Assembly: GCA_051453625.1 (NCBI GenBank)
Contig: JBOZIK010000001.1
Span: 17,246,295-17,310,294, forward strand
Length of the DNA: 64,000 nt
Reading direction: 5' to 3'
Source: Welwitschia mirabilis
Taxonomy: Eukaryota
The notes below the pieces were generated by a model. That model made no database searches, was not told the DNA's origin, and saw only the letters and a list, made by a program, of their open reading frames with translations. Position 1 is the first letter of the stretch. Each line of letters opens with the position of its first letter. This document shows, one piece after another, positions 1 through 15,060 of this stretch. Position numbers and translations under genes: made by a program.

Positions 1-667
1 GTATCCATGATAATGAGACAGTTAGATCCCTTATTACATCACTAGATGTTTGTCTCCTCATGGATCCTAAGCATCCTCTTCTTCTTTCCTTCCTTTTAAG
101 CCAGCTGTTGAATCACAATTCATTACGCATAGAAAATAAAAGTGATTTTGCACTATATTTTATACCTCCCTTTTTATACTTTGTATACTAAAAACCTTCT
201 TCTAACATTATATAGATATATCATTTTTCTAGCATGATGTACTCATTTCTTTTTTACTTTTACATGTTTATCTATTAAGTTTTGTCATGAGGATTTATTT
301 ATACTTGGGCAAATATTTCATTTTTGACTGTTTATTTTAGTGAGGTCTATTCATTATGTTTAATTGGTTATCTATAAAAATTAAATTTTATCATAAGTTC
401 TAGATTTTAAAGATTTTTTCTGACCCTATCATCCCCTGCATTGTCTAGATGATGACCTAGAGGATCGACTGCTAAGCTTACATAGGTGTTTTATTCAGTG
501 TTTCTGAATTATCAAAAATTAAATTTTATATCTTTAAAATATTCTACAAATCCTTCTAAGATACTTTCTTCAAGTATCCTAGTTATTTTATTATCTAATA
601 AGTTGGCTCATAAATGTGGTTTACCATCTAGTTTTGTCAAACATTGACAAGGCTAATTGGTAGGCTA
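1..667 (+). mobile_element. 3' internal remnant of an Athila-like Ty3/Gypsy element running into the LTR at 668
   Basis: 421-470 (tgaccctatcatcccctgcattgtctagatgatgacctaga) aligns with 12119-12165 in the 3' non-coding part of the downstream element. The stretch ends in aggctaattggtaggcta, similar to aggctaagtaaggggcta directly before the LTR at 15061. Confidence 0.5.
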
Positions 668-1738
668 TGTTGCAATGCTAACTTATACATATTTAATAGG
701 GTATTCTAAGTTGTTTTATAGGTAAATAGATAGGTAAATACTTCATTTCCATGGTAATAGAGAGCTAAGATTAAAAGTATGAAAATATGCAATCTCCATG
801 ATAGTTCACAAGTATTCTAAACAAATATAAATACTTTGTATTTCTGATGATAACTTCATTCAAACATAAAGGTTAATGTAATGATTAAATAATTATTGAA
901 GGCCATCACGCATCCCATCATTTAGATAATGGTATGAATGAATGTGCTAACTAGATTCTAAGATTTGATTGGCAGCAGACATGAGGTGGCATCTTCTCCT
1001 CTATTATGGGTGTTACAACAATGTTGTAACACCCATACTAAACATTTACTAAAATTTTACCACTTATATTTATGTTTTCTCTTTGCACAGCCGTTTTGGT
1101 TTACCTGCATCTTTCTATCTTTATTGTTATGTGTATTTAGTTAATAAAGAGAGATCTTCTCCTTGACTCTTAATTATCTTTATTTGCATTCAATATTCTC
1201 ATGATAGAAGATTGAAGGGCCAAAGATCCATACTATATTTTCAAAGAGACATTTCCTTAGTGTTGGGCAGCATTTCCTCTATTGAGGTGCAGCTACTTTG
1301 TAACACAGATGTAGTGTGATTCTTAACACAAAAATATTTTCTTTTTGTGCTTTAATGTGTGAATGTTTCTCTCCCTCATAGTTTATGTTGCTTGAGATTT
1401 GATGATAGTTTCTCTTATGATATAGGTTATGAGGGTAACCTTTATTAAGATTATGCTTAGTTAGTTTAGGTTAAGTGCATTGTTATTTTCTTTTTCTAGA
1501 TTAGCTTTGCATTATGTATTTCTTTTCATTTTCATGCATTGCAAGTTATTTCTATAGATTAATATACTAGTTTTTTCCTTTTGAAAAAAACTCTCTTACT
1601 TCATACTTTGATCTTTAACATATTACAACATTAAGATTAGCTCCCAACTATATTAGTATGTTGTGTTTATGCATTATTATTTGTGATTAACAAAATTCTA
1701 CTAAGGATGTAAACATTACATAAATATGAACTGCATCA
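668..1738 (+). repeat. LTR of Athila-like family (TG...CA)
   Basis: Begins tgttgcaatg and ends ctgcatca. The start aligns with 12368-12500 and 60253-60668; the middle and end align with 15620-15690 (atgatag.agattgaaggg...agatccat) and 16190-16305 (attacaacatt...aaggat.taaa.att.cataaat). Confidence 0.65.
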
Positions 1739-4679
1739 CCTGAAAAGGATGCAATAGCATTTTTCATACTCTATAGTATTACATGCAAAGGAGAATACAA
1801 GTCTTAATGCATATTTATGTAACAATTGGTATTTTTATATAAAGCTAAAAAGCATATTCAAGTATCACTGTGTACATACTTTATTACTTAAAAAAGTAAT
1901 ATTATCTCTATTTATTTTTATTTGTGTAGTTGAACATAAATTAGGATAATTAATAATAATTAGAAATAAGTATTATCTAGCTTTTCATCTAACTTCTATT
2001 ATGCTTTATTACTTTCACCATTCCCCCTTACTGTAATATATGTACATAGTAATTTAGTAGTAATAAACCAACCTGACTAGTTTAAGTAACCTTACTATGA
2101 TATTATTGTAATGATGCATTTTGAAGTAAATGGTTGAATCTCAACTATTTCTTTAGTAAGCCTTTGATTATTTTAATTTAATAGTGTGAAGTTACTTTTA
2201 GATTTATAATCGCATATTTTTTTCCCTTTTGTTAGTATCATTTTATCTGGTTTGATATTATTTAGTGATTTTTTTACACTTATTTCATCATATAATAGTT
2301 CTTTTTTTTTTTTTTTTGCATGTTTTGATTTGCATTCCAAAAACAATACCTTATCATCCCACTTATCATCTAAATAAGATCTCATGACAATGGATTGTAA
2401 AACATTGTAAAACTAGGATTTTCATTTTTATAAGAGCTAAGGTTTTTCCTATCGCCCCCTCTATCATCTAGATGAATCAGAGGATGACTATCAATTTTCA
2501 TTTTGTATTATTTCATGATTTTACTTTTTTATGTTTTTTTTTTATTTTTTATATCTTTTGTCATCTAGGTACATTATCCGAACAACCATAGAGATGAAGT
2601 TTATACAAATAGAACTAACCATGCTAGAACATGGCAAACTTGGATAAAAAGATAAAGTACCAAAGAGAGCGACTACTGATCAATGAAAAAATCCAAGAAG
2701 TTCTGATTGACTATGAATTAAACCTAAGTATGCACACCCTAGGTACATAAACTATTCCAAGAATTAAAGTTTTTTTTTCATTTCTTATTTTTTAATCTAA
2801 TTTTTTAAGAGAAAATTTTTCAACAGAAAGTTTAAAAGAAAATAGTTTTATTGTAATGTCAAATTCTACACAAAAACAAAAAAAAGTAGCTTCATCTAAT
2901 TTCCCTCTTACGACAAGAACCTCCACTAACCTTGTAAATCCAAATTCTAATGTTACTCTTCAAAAATAATTGTAAATCAAAAAATGAAATCAAAGATTCT
3001 TTTGACCTACCTACTAGTAATGATATCAAGTTAATAAATCTAAATGCGTATTCTATTTTTAATGGCGAACATGATGAAGATCCATTTAACAAATAGCTGA
3101 CATTGAACAATTATTTCTTACTTGTAAAAAATGCTAAAAAATAAATTAATAATTATACTTACATGGTTATCTTTCCCCTGATATTAAAAGGAAAAGGGAA
3201 ATTATGGCTAAGACCTATTCCACGTAAAAATATAAAAACATGAAATCAAGTTGAAGAAGCCTTTATAAAAAGATTTATAAGTGAAAAAATAATAAAAAAT
3301 GAAAGAAAGAGATAACAAATTTTTAGCAATAACTTAATAGAGATTATGCCTCTACTTATGAATGATTTTTCATTATAATACATTCTAATCTCATTGGTGC
3401 ATCCATTCAAAAAGAATTAATAGACTATTTATGTAGTTCACTTAGTAGCCAAACTAAACAACTTTTAGATTTTTCATGTGATGAAAATTTAATGAGCATT
3501 ACATTAGAAAATGTATGGAGATTATTAGGAGAACTAGTAGAATAAGTCAAATATGGCCTAAACCAACATCTAAAGAAACTTGTACTATAATCCAAATTAT
3601 AAAAGATCTTAAAGAAGTAAAACAAGAAAAGGAAAAAGTAAAAATCAAAAAAAAAAATCAATAATTATAATTAATGATTTTACAACAACATTAGAAAAAT
3701 ATACTTAAGTGATTCTATATGTAAAATTGGCCATTGAAAATAATATGATTTCAACTTGTGATTTGTGTAAAGATAACTATCCTAGGACTAAAGAGTTTCT
3801 TTTATTACTAACTTATAAAGAGAAAATTTATGAATATATGTGTGCATTCAAGTAAAAGTCTTTAAACTCTAAAAATCAAAACCAAAATCAAAATCAATTT
3901 CAACATAGGATGAATGGATAATCTAATTTTTAATCTTTTGAGAACAAATTCAAAACCTTTTAAACAAATCATCCAAATTTCCAACTATTTATAAATAGAC
4001 TTAAAAATGTAAACTTTTAATCAAATAACTCTTACTTCCAACCAAGTTGCTCAAATTATCAAGCAAGCATATCAAATTCTCAAAATTAATATGACCTACT
4101 TATAAATGCCATTGATGAATTAATAGAATCTCAAGAGAATAAAAATTCAAACATTGAAAATATGATAATTGTTTTTTTAAAAAAATATGCTTACAAATCA
4201 AAGACCATAAGGATTACTTGTAATACAACTTTTACCAAATGCTAATAAAGTAAGAAAAGTTTATAAGGTTGTAACAAGAAGTGAAAATGATATAACACCT
4301 CCTACCCATAAGGATTTAACTTCTAAAAATAATAAGAAAGATGAAGAACAAGAAGAGGATATTGAAATATTATAAAATCATACCTTTCCTTATCCTTTAA
4401 GTGATAAACTTAATAAGAGAAATTCTTCTTAACATAAAGGAAAGAAACTTGCTACCACGATAGATTAAATATCGATCCTAACTTTGATAACAATCTTAAA
4501 GCCTTAATGCAAGATGTGAGTATAAATTTACCAATTTGGAAACTCTTGTAAGAAAACCTTAAATATTTTAGGCTATGTAAAGATCTAATTAGGAGGAAAT
4601 AAAAACAAACCATATCTAGTAAAGTCTTCCTAGNNNNNNNNNNNNNNNNNNNNNNNNNNNNNNNNNNNNNNNNNTTTAA

Positions 4680-7600
4680 AGATCCTAGGGTAGCAATAAT
4701 TAGCATTACTTTAGAAGAAAATAAAAGAATTAAGGAAGCTTTAAATGATATAGGATTAAGTATTAACATTATGCATTTATAAATTTATCAATGACTTAGT
4801 TTGAAAAGTAGAATTGAGCCTATACATATTATCTTAAAATTGATGGATCCATGAGTAAAGAAATCTTTAGGAGTAATAATGTATTTGGTAATTTAAATTA
4901 AGAAAATTTCTATTTAATATTTGTAATTGTTATTAGAGTTAAGTATAGTGGAGGTTATCCACTACTTCTAGATAGAGTATTTTATGCAACAATCCATTGT
5001 ATTATTAATATAAGAATTAAAATGGTGGAGTATCACTTAGGAAATAAAGAGTTTACATTAAATTTTTTGGTGCTACTAAAAAAGTCCTAGATAATAAGTG
5101 AAATGTAGAGGAATAAATTAAGTCAACATTATTTTTATAGAATCATCCACTTTAAGAGAGACGGTTAATGCTTCATAAGCCTATCTTGTATGATGATCTA
5201 CTTAAAGTAAAAATTTTAAAAGCATTTGATGATGATGAACTTAATTATGAATGTTTAAGAATATACTATTTTGATCAAAAGAGTAAAGAAACTAAAATTT
5301 TAATCTATAAATAAGTTCAACATCTAAAAATAACTAAGAATCCATGTTTTGAGGAAGGTAATTTACCCCTGTCATCCAGATGATGATCAAAGATGATCAT
5401 TAACTCTGTGGAAAAATTAAGAAAAACTAAAAATCTAAATTTAAATCTGAAATCTTTACCTAGTGGACTAAAATATATCTTTCTTTATGATTATTAGAAT
5501 AAATCATTAATAATAAATGAGAATCTTTTCTCTCAATAAAATCTCACTTTTTAATTCTAAGCTCAATGTATTTTCTTAGACCCATAATGATTCAATATCC
5601 ATTCTTACTTCCATTATTCAGTATAAAATCTATCTTAGAGATAATGCAAAACCTATTAGGCAACCCTAATGTAGATTAAATATTACCTGAAACAAGTCAT
5701 AAAAGATGAAATTATTAAATTAGTTGATTCTGAAATTATTTATACCATATTTGATAGTGAGTGGATTAGTGCTTTGATAATAGTACTTAAGAAAGAAGGG
5801 AAGTAGAGAATGTGTATTGATTTTAGGAAGCTAAATAAAGTAACAAAGAAAGAATANNNNNNNNNNNNNNNNNNNNNNNNNNNNNNNNNNNNNNNNNNNN
5901 NNNNNNNNNNNNNNNNNNNNNNNNNNNNNNNNNNNNNNNNNNNNNNNNNNNNNNNNTTGTCCTTTATATTTTCTTATCAAAATACTTCATAAAATTCAAG
6001 GGAATGCATTTTATTTCTTTCTTGATGGGTATAGTGATTATAATTAGGTTTTTATAGCTAGTGAAAATCAAGAAAAAACAATTTTCACTTTACTTTTTAG
6101 AACATTTAGTTCTAGACACATGCCTTTTGGATTTGGTAATGCTCCTAGTACTTTTTAACATGCAATAACGGGTATTTTTTCTAATATATTAGAGGATTCA
6201 ATTAAAATTTTTATGGATAACTTCTCAACCTTTAGTAAAGAATTTAAACAAATCTTATAAAGGTTAGAGAAAGTTCTTGATATATGCATTAAAAGTGGTA
6301 TACATTTAAGTTGGAAGAAGATTTTCTTTCTATTTGATAATGGAATTGTCTTAGATCATCACATTCTAATAAAGGAATTGGGATGAACCCTAAAAAATAA
6401 GTATCATTAAAAACCTAACTCCTCTAATAAATATAAAATAAGTTTGGTATTTCCCTGGTTATTGTAATTTTTATCATTGTTTTATTTAGAATTATACTAA
6501 AATTTGTAAACCACTTCAATTGTTACTTGAAAAAGAATCTAAATTTGAATGGAATAAATTTTTTAAACTTTCTTTTAAAACACTTAGAGATAAAATTTCT
6601 TTAGCACCTCTTGTAATGGGATCCAATTGAAATAAAGAGTTTAAATTAATATATGATGCTAGTAATATTATCATAAATGGTGTTCTTGGATAAAAGTATC
6701 AAAATGATTTTAAAGTTATATCTTATCTTATAAAAAATTTATCTAAATCTTAAATGAATTATACTACCACCAAGAAAGAGGTGTTAGCCATAATATTTTA
6801 CCTTGATAATCTTAGACACTATCTTTTAGGCTTTTGTATAAATTTTTACACCAACTATGCAACCATTAGATACCTCATAACTAAAAATAATTCTAGTGCT
6901 AGACTCATTAGATGAATCCTTCTCATATAAGAATTTAATATTACCATCATTGATAAAGTAAAAGAACATAAAATTGTTGTAGATCATTTGTTATGCATTA
7001 TTTCTTTTTTTGATGATCTTATAATTGATAATTCTTTTCTAGATGAATAATTTTTTATCATATCTTCTACTCATCCTCCTCTTTGGTATGCTAACATAGT
7101 TTATGAAAACACTATAAAATTAGAGTCATAATTAAAAAAAATCTTATTTCTATAGAATAATTAATTATGAATGGATAGAGCCACATATTTATTATAGGTG
7201 CAAAGACTAAATCATGAGAAAATATGTGCCTAAATGGGAAAAATTAGACATCTTTTATCTTTGCTATGGTGATGTTTTTGGAGGTCATTTTTGTGAATAG
7301 AAAATAGTAATGAAAATTCTTAAATTTAGTTTTTATTGGCCTAGTCTTTTTCAGGACTCTTTTAATTTTACTAGAAGGTGTGATGATTGTTAATGTTATG
7401 GTATCCTTATTCATTTTCATGATGTAATCCTTAAATATATTGTTAAATTTAAACCTTTTAATTATTAAGGAATTTATTTTATAAGCCCTATTAAACCACC
7501 TTTTAATAATAAGAATTACCTTTTAGTGGCTATTGATTTTGTTACTAAATGGGTTAAAGCTATTCCTACTTTTACGAATGATGCCTATACTATTTGTAAT

Positions 7601-8330
7601 TTATTAGAACATACATTTTTCAATGTTTTAATTATTCTAGAACTATTATTAGTAATTAAGAAACTCATTTTATAAATCATCTTTTTAAGAGACTTCTTTT
7701 ATTCATTGGAACTAAATATAGAGTAGCTTATGCTTATCATTCACAAACCAATAACCAAGCTGAAAATGCAAATAGAGAAATTAAGAAAATTCTTTAAAAA
7801 CTTATCTATATTAATAAGATATTTTAAACTTATAAGCTTAATAATGTTATTTTGTCTTGGTGTAATCCTTGGTATAATTCTCTTAGTTTTTCAGCTTATG
7901 AAGTTGTGTATGAAAGAGTTTTTGTTTTACCAATTGATAGGTGTTATAACTCTTAGTGTTATTCCCATCAACTTAATCTTGTAGAGCTTCATGAAAATAT
8001 TAAAAATATATTAGTACAATTTAATTATTTTAATAAAAAATGCACACATGTCATACATCATCAACTCATTCACAAAGCCCAAGCTGAGTTTAAACATGAT
8101 AAAAAGTTATTTCATAAAACGTTTAAACCTAGTTAACTTTTTCATTTATACAATACTAGAGTGCATATTTTACACAAAAAATTAACTTTTAAATGATTAG
8201 GTCCTTACCTTATAGAGAAAGTACATTCTGCTGGTTCTATTAAGATTTTTGACTTAGATAGTAGGAAGATTTAGAAAGTTCATGAATAAAGGTTAAAAGT
8301 ATATGAAAACCCTTTTGATGAAATCTTGAA
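4680..8330 (+). pseudogene. Gypsy pol pseudogene (protease region, RT, RNase H, integrase)
   Basis: RT: MCIDFRKLNKVTKK (5810), LDGYSDYN (~6021), MPFGFGNAPSTF (~6120), IFMDNFS (~6207; the VFMDDFS form is typical of Athila). RNase H: DASN (~6655), NYTTTKKEVLAI (~6757). Integrase: GGHF (~7279), FYWPSLF (~7331), AIDFVTKWVKAI (~7529), AYHSQT (~7732). Confidence 0.9.
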
Positions 8331-10739
8331 TATGAAAGAAGCAATTGTCTGAAAGATTTTCTTTGATGAGAAGAACTTCTTCCCTATCATTGTTTGAATT
8401 CTCTGTTAGTCTATTTCTTTGATAAGTATTATGATATTACTTAATCATCTTCAACTTGACTTATGTATTTTTTTTATTAGTTTTTAGGACTAGTATTCAT
8501 ACTTGTGTATTTTATAGTGATAAGATTGGATTGATATAATCTTAAGATATTCACATATCTATAAAAATCATTTTGATGGAAAATTCCTTAGTTGTTCTAT
8601 TTTTTTTAATGGTTTAAGGTCTTTGGTTGTTTAGGTGTATTCTTTTCTTTCTTTCATCTCACTTCTTTACCTTTGTCTTTTTGAGTATGTGATCATGTAA
8701 AAATTATTTAAAAAAAAGTAAAAAGAAAAAAATAATGACTATGATCTATTATATCTGTGCTAAAATACATGATCAATGTAATGTCCTACTACAGTAGGGT
8801 AAATGTTTTTTAAAAAAAAATATTTTGTAGTATTAGTAGCTATGGTACTCCACTGGGATAAGGCAGGAGGTGGGGATGGCAAAGACGGGGGTTAATTGGC
8901 CATGCTTCATAGGTTATTACTTCTCTAATTATGGTTTCACTTCCCTCATTATGAAAATTAGTAATAAAACTTTATGGATATGGGATTAGTGGTGTTCTTG
9001 AAATTATCAAAGGTATTATTTATTTTTTAGACTCTTAGTATTCCCACATAACCATTTCACTTTTGAGGATTTGGGTGTGTTTTAGGGTGTGAGTAGGTGA
9101 GTTTATTTGTGAGTAGCTTTTAGTCTTATCATTTATTATTTTAAGTAGTTAATCTTTGGTGTCATCATAATAATTGCATTTTTTAGTGGAACTTTATGAA
9201 GTTAATAAATTTTATTATGAATTTTTCTTAGGTGGCTTTATGATATCTTACAAAAGGGTTTATCTTTTTCATGTTCCTAGTTATCCATATTCATTCTATT
9301 TTTCTTTGATTATTTGCTTTATTATTTCAAATTCATTTTCGTACTTTTTTCATTATCATTTTTAAGATCTTATTATTTAGGAGTTTTCTAATTATATTTT
9401 TCATTTTCACTTGTGTTGTTTTATTAATTAAAGTTAACTTCTTTTAGCATTTTGAACATATGATATTATTTTGTGCTTAGATGATTTTTTTTTAAATAAA
9501 TTTGATATTATTACTTTGCATCTTTTGGATTTCTACATGTTTTTCATGCTAATTTTTTAATTCAAGCACATTTGTTTAGTTTTTTTAATCTAGATCTATC
9601 CTATTTAGTGCATTTTTATGATCTTATCTTTTGATTCTTTTGAGTTTTCTCATTCCTTACCCTTATTCATTATAATTCTTCATCATTCCCTATGTTTTGA
9701 GTTTGCTAATAAATTTTGATATTTTCATGCTACTATTTGATCCTTACTTGTTTAGCAAATATTTTCTTTTTTTCCTAAAACTTTTAAAGGTCTTATCATC
9801 CATTTGGTTATCAAAATAATAAGGTGGATGACAAATGATATTTTTTTCTAATAGTCATTCTAAGGCTATCATCAAGATAATGTGATCAAATGATAATGTG
9901 AAAAAAAATATAGCTTGAACTTTATTTTCGCCATTTTTCTTCATTATTGCATTATTTTTATCTATTCTTTTAAGAGATAATCATCATGTCAAGGCCTACC
10001 AACATCTTGAATATTTTACCCATAAGTTTAGTGCCCCAGATTATTAAATTTAAACAAATTTGCCAAAATGAGGTATGTTTTTCTCACCCTCATTATTTTT
10101 TGATTCTTTTCCTATTTTTTACCCTTTTATTACATAGTTTTCATGTATATTAATTAAATTTTCATGTTCTTCAATTTCTATCTATTAATTTTATTTTTGT
10201 CTATTATTTTATGAGATATCTAACTTTGTATATTTCACGAGGTAAAATTAAGCTTTTATTTTTAAATCTTATTTTCTCAAAAACCATAAATCAAAATGTA
10301 GTGTTCCTTATAGGTAAATTAATTAGTATAATGAGCTCTACACTTCTACTAGATTAGATTTTAGTTTAAGCACTTTTATTTTTAACCTTTTATGGGACCT
10401 ACTATTTTATACATTTTGATTTTTTTCATGTTTTACACTTGTTCATCAAATGATTAGGTAATATGGAATATATTAAATCTCTTATGAAGGTTAGGATATA
10501 TTTTCATGACTTTTGTACATAAAAACTGATATATGGGATAGTTTAGAGCTTTTAGGAGATGCATTTTAGTAATTTACACTTGATCTCATGATGTGCTTTG
10601 TGTTTATAACTAATTAGGCCATGCACATGATGAGCTAGATAGGTTGAGGCATAGGACAATGCATTGAAGTAGAGGCACGTACATTGGTACCACCTGTGAT
10701 TGAGCTTGTAGAGCTAGTTCATCCTCCACCTCACCAAGC

Positions 10740-11700
10740 ATGATCTTATTCCATTCAGACAATTTCTGTCTATGTTGAAAGGCACTTTAGTAATTTTATG
10801 AATTGGATAGAGCTAGAGGTGGATCAGAGATAATATATATTTATCTCAAATGGATTTTGGATGCATAGGAAGCTTATTACACCTCAATGACTAGAGAGTT
10901 CTATGACATTATGTACATTGAAAGGTGATTTGATGCTCATGACTACCTAGTTAACATGATTATAGCTACTATCTATGGTTATGAGATATCTATTCCCCCA
11001 AGCCACATCACTACTATAATTATCTTAAGTGGCATTATGAGTATACACATTCACTCAACTGGTGGTATAAAGGAGTGTCATGCTTATGGCATAGAATTAC
11101 ATATAACAACTAACATTACTAGTTATATGAATAGAGTTTTAGTAACACATGTATCACCTACCTATTAAATTATTCATAGAGTATTGATATATAACATTAG
11201 TTCATCATAACAGTTATGTCATAATCCCTCATTTATAGATGTTGGCAGTATTTAGGCAAGGGAAGCAGAGGACTTATCAACATTTATTTGAAGGTGACAT
11301 AGGACCATGATTCAGGGTTAATAGCTATAGACTCTAGGATATTCATGCCTTCTCCTAGCTATGTTTAGATGATTTAGTATACCTTATTCTATGGGTAAGT
11401 ATAGGTTCACACATCTATAGACATCATCTTGTTACCTATAGGATGTCGACAACCAGATTTTAGGAGAGTAGAGAGATCTTGGGTATAGATATCTGTGGTT
11501 AGCATTATCATGGATAACATACAAGCTTTCTTAGTTGATACAGTAGAGGTCCTTAAAGAGGCTATGGACCAAGGCTTTACTAAGATACATCAGAGGATAT
11601 CCATAGTTGAGAGAAGAGTTTAGCACACTAAGAAGTAGTTGACAGATGTATTTCATCGTATATTATGCATTAAGTATGGTGTGATAATCAACATCCCAGA
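10740..11700 (+). pseudogene. Remnant of the extra ORF downstream of pol (Athila ORF / env-like type)
   Basis: Less AT-rich, coding-like island between pol and the 3' LTR. It contains actagagagttctatgac = TREFYD (~10890), similar to the VREFY motif of Athila-type accessory ORFs. Confidence 0.5.
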
Positions 11701-12367
11701 GGTAGTTAAAGTATAAGGAGATGAGATTATGCACTCCATTATGATAGTCCTTGATCATTATTTTCTCTCCATCTGCATTTGAAACTACTACACATCAGGC
11801 ATTTATTTTAGCATAATGAGGGGAGTGATTTATTATGTTATGTTATGCATATTCCCTCCATGGATTGTATTAAAAACTCATGATTTTATATAAGCATGAT
11901 TTTTTGAGTATTATTATCATGTCCATCTTTTATTTTTAAGATATTATTATATATCATTTATATATTATTAAGATATTTTATTATGATATTTTTTATTACA
12001 TGTGATTATTTTTTATAATACATTGTACATTTAAGTGGAGAGATATTAATATTATTATGTTTAATGTTTATCTTTCTAGAAATTTTTTCACAGGCTTCTA
12101 TTTTTCAAAAATGATATTTGAGCCTGTTATCCCCTCCATTGTCTAGATGACCACTAGAATGACAATATGACCACTTAATCTATACAAGTGAATTTTTCAA
12201 TTACCTATATTTAAAGTTCTTATTTTGAATTCTGATATGTTTGAGATTATTTTTGAGTTTACTGTATATTTTCTTAGTTGATTTCTTATTAGTTAATTTA
12301 ACTTTCAATGATGATTGCTTGCTTGGTTTTGTTAAGGAGTGATAAAGTTAACTAAGAAGATATATTA

Positions 12368-12500
12368 TGCTGTTAAATTATATGTATTTAATAGGGTATT
12401 TTGAGTAGTTTTCTAGGACATTAAATAGGTTTATGTTGAGTTTAGATGATAATAGAGAGCTAAGGAAAATATAATGAAAACTTGTAATCTTCATCACATT
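12368..12500 (+). repeat. Truncated LTR start
   Basis: tatttaatagggtatt...aatagagagctaag...atgaaaa matches 690-790. Similarity ends abruptly at about 12500. Confidence 0.6.
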
Positions 12501-12519
12501 TGATAGAATTTAAGGTAAA

Positions 12520-15060
12520 ACTTGGGCTTATAAACTTAATGGTATTCTTTGATCTTATCATGCTACATGGCAAAATTATTTGGGCTTTTCATCTTAGGAA
12601 TTTATGTATGAAAAATTTTGTATCTTACTAGTTGATGTCTGTTATAACTCTTATCGACCCACCCATCAAATTAACCTTATGAACTTAGTTGAAAATCTTA
12701 AGATTTAACTAGCTCAACTTGATCATCTACATGAAAAATGTATCCATGCTATACATCATTAACTTATTCATAAAGCTCAAATCTAGTTCAAACATAATAA
12801 AAAGATAATTCATAAATAATTAAACTAGATCAACTAGTCATCTTATACAATAACTGAGTACATCTTTTACACAATAAGTTAACCTTTAAATGGTTAGGTT
12901 CTTATCTTATAGAAAAAGTACATCTTAATGATTCAATTAAAATCTATGATTCAAGCAATAGGAAAATTTAAAAATTTAATAAACAAAGGTTAAAAATATG
13001 TGAATTACCTATTAATTAAACCTTGAACATAATAGAAGAATTTACCTTGGAAACCTCTCTCAATGAGAAGGACTTTTCTCCTCTCATTATCTAAATTCTT
13101 CCTTAGTCAATTCCTTTGATGGATGTCATGCTATTACTTAAACATATTTCACTTGACTTATGTATTATGTAATGAATTTATCATAACTAGTAATCTTTTA
13201 CTTGAGCATTCTAAGGTAATAAAATTGGATTCATCTAATTATAAGACATTTATATGTCTATAAACTTCATTTTGAAGGAATATGCCTTATTTTTTTATTT
13301 TCTCTCAATGGTGTGAATCCTTAGTTGTTTAAGTGTGTTCTTCCATTTTTTTTATCTCTTTTCTATACTCTCATCCTTTGAAGTACTTGGTCATGGGATA
13401 GTTTCTTTCACTTTAGAAAAAGAAAAAGAAGAAGAAGAAGAAGAATAAGATTATTCTTTTATTTAATTTAAACCATGATGTCCTATCACAAGTATACTAG
13501 GGCAATGCTTTCTAAGAGGTTCCTTTAACAATGTAATATGATAGTTGTGGGAACTCCATTGAGGGGTCAATTGACTATGCTTCATAGGTTCTTACTTCTA
13601 TAATAGTGGTTGAATTCCCCTCATCATAAAAATAATTATTACTTAGAGGCTATAAGATTAGTGATGTTCCTAGTGTATCAGAGGAATTGCTTATTTTCAA
13701 GACTCATTGTGCATATAGTACTTTTACATAACCATTTTATTTTTTAGAATTCTAGTATAGTTTTGGAGTGTGCGTAAGTAAGTCAATTTCTGGGCAACTT
13801 TTGATCTTATCATTCACTAATTTTGAACATTATATTTTTCTTAGCATTGTCATAATTAGTACCTATTGAAGTGGTACTTTATAATGTTTTTACATCATAT
13901 CATGTATTATTAATCAAGTGATTTTATGATTTCTACCAAGGGACTTTGCTACTTTAGGATTTAGGATAGGTAAACAACGTCCTTCATGTTTTTGGTTATT
14001 CATTTTTATTTTTTTCTAAGTTTTTTAATTTAATTTTTCAAAATTATTTCCATACCTTTTTAGTATAATATATAGGACTTGATCATTCATTAGTTTCCTT
14101 ATTGTTTTTTTAATTTCACTTGAGGCTTTTCTTGATAGGGGTTATTCTTTTTTATTACTTTTTATATATGATAATTATTTTTATTTCTTTCTTACTTTTA
14201 TAACATCCACTTGCTACTTTTACATGCTTACTGAGTTTAGGAACATTTGAGGATTTTTATTAGCCTTACTTATTACTACTTTGTAAATTATCATAGCCTT
14301 ATACTTTTATCTCACCTTGAGTTCTTTCAACTTTTAACTCCTTTATCATTATCTTTTTAATGATGATTCTTCATTTTTATCAATATTTTGGAATTAATGA
14401 TGACTTTTTGAGGCTTTACTATTACTATCATTAATTATACGAACCTACCTGGACTTCACTATTTTGCTAGATTGTTCTTTTTTGACTATCATTCCATGTT
14501 TGTCATCTAGAGGAAAAAGAAGATGACAGTAGCTCCTTCTTATACTATTGCAATACAAGATGTAGTGATTCACCTATGGGAGGGGGAGGGAACAAGACAT
14601 ACTTCTAAGATATTTTCAACATATTAAATAAAAAATTTTAATTATGAGAATTATTTTTGAGCTTTTGTAATACTTATATGTGATGCACTGATTAGTGTAT
14701 GATTTTATATTACTTATATGATATGATTTATGAACATTATTTAGTAGGATAGAGTAGAGCAGTTACACTATCTTCTTATAGGTATGATTTAGAATATTCA
14801 GGAGACCATAGATAAGGGAAGTAATGTTATGATTATTTTTTGTATTTACCCCTTGTAGATTATCCTTTAAACTCACTGGTTAACTTATACATAGCATTTT
14901 AAGTTATCACTACTTTGATTTTGCATACACATCATCATTCTTTTTTGAATTATCACTGTTATTTTTTATGATGATTTTTTTTTAATTTAACATTTATCTT
15001 GTGATGTGTTCAATGTATCTCTTACTTTGCTAGGAACTAATAAGGCTAAGTAAGGGGCTA
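12520..15060 (+). mobile_element. 3' fragment of a second, related Athila-like copy (integrase C-terminus plus 3' non-coding region)
   Basis: 12570-14100 is colinear with 7870-9400, for example aaatggttaggttcttatcttatagaaaaagtacat vs aaatgattaggtccttaccttatagagaaagtacat. It ends in a purine-rich PPT-like taaggggcta. Confidence 0.8.

Larger units (their letters stand above)
2400..12500 (+). mobile_element. Degenerate Athila-like Ty3/Gypsy retrotransposon body (gag-pol, long 3' region, extra ORF, truncated 3' LTR)
   Basis: Domain order is gag-like, protease, RT, RNase H, integrase. The gag/protease part is homologous to 61520-63710. Many stops and frameshifts. Confidence 0.85.
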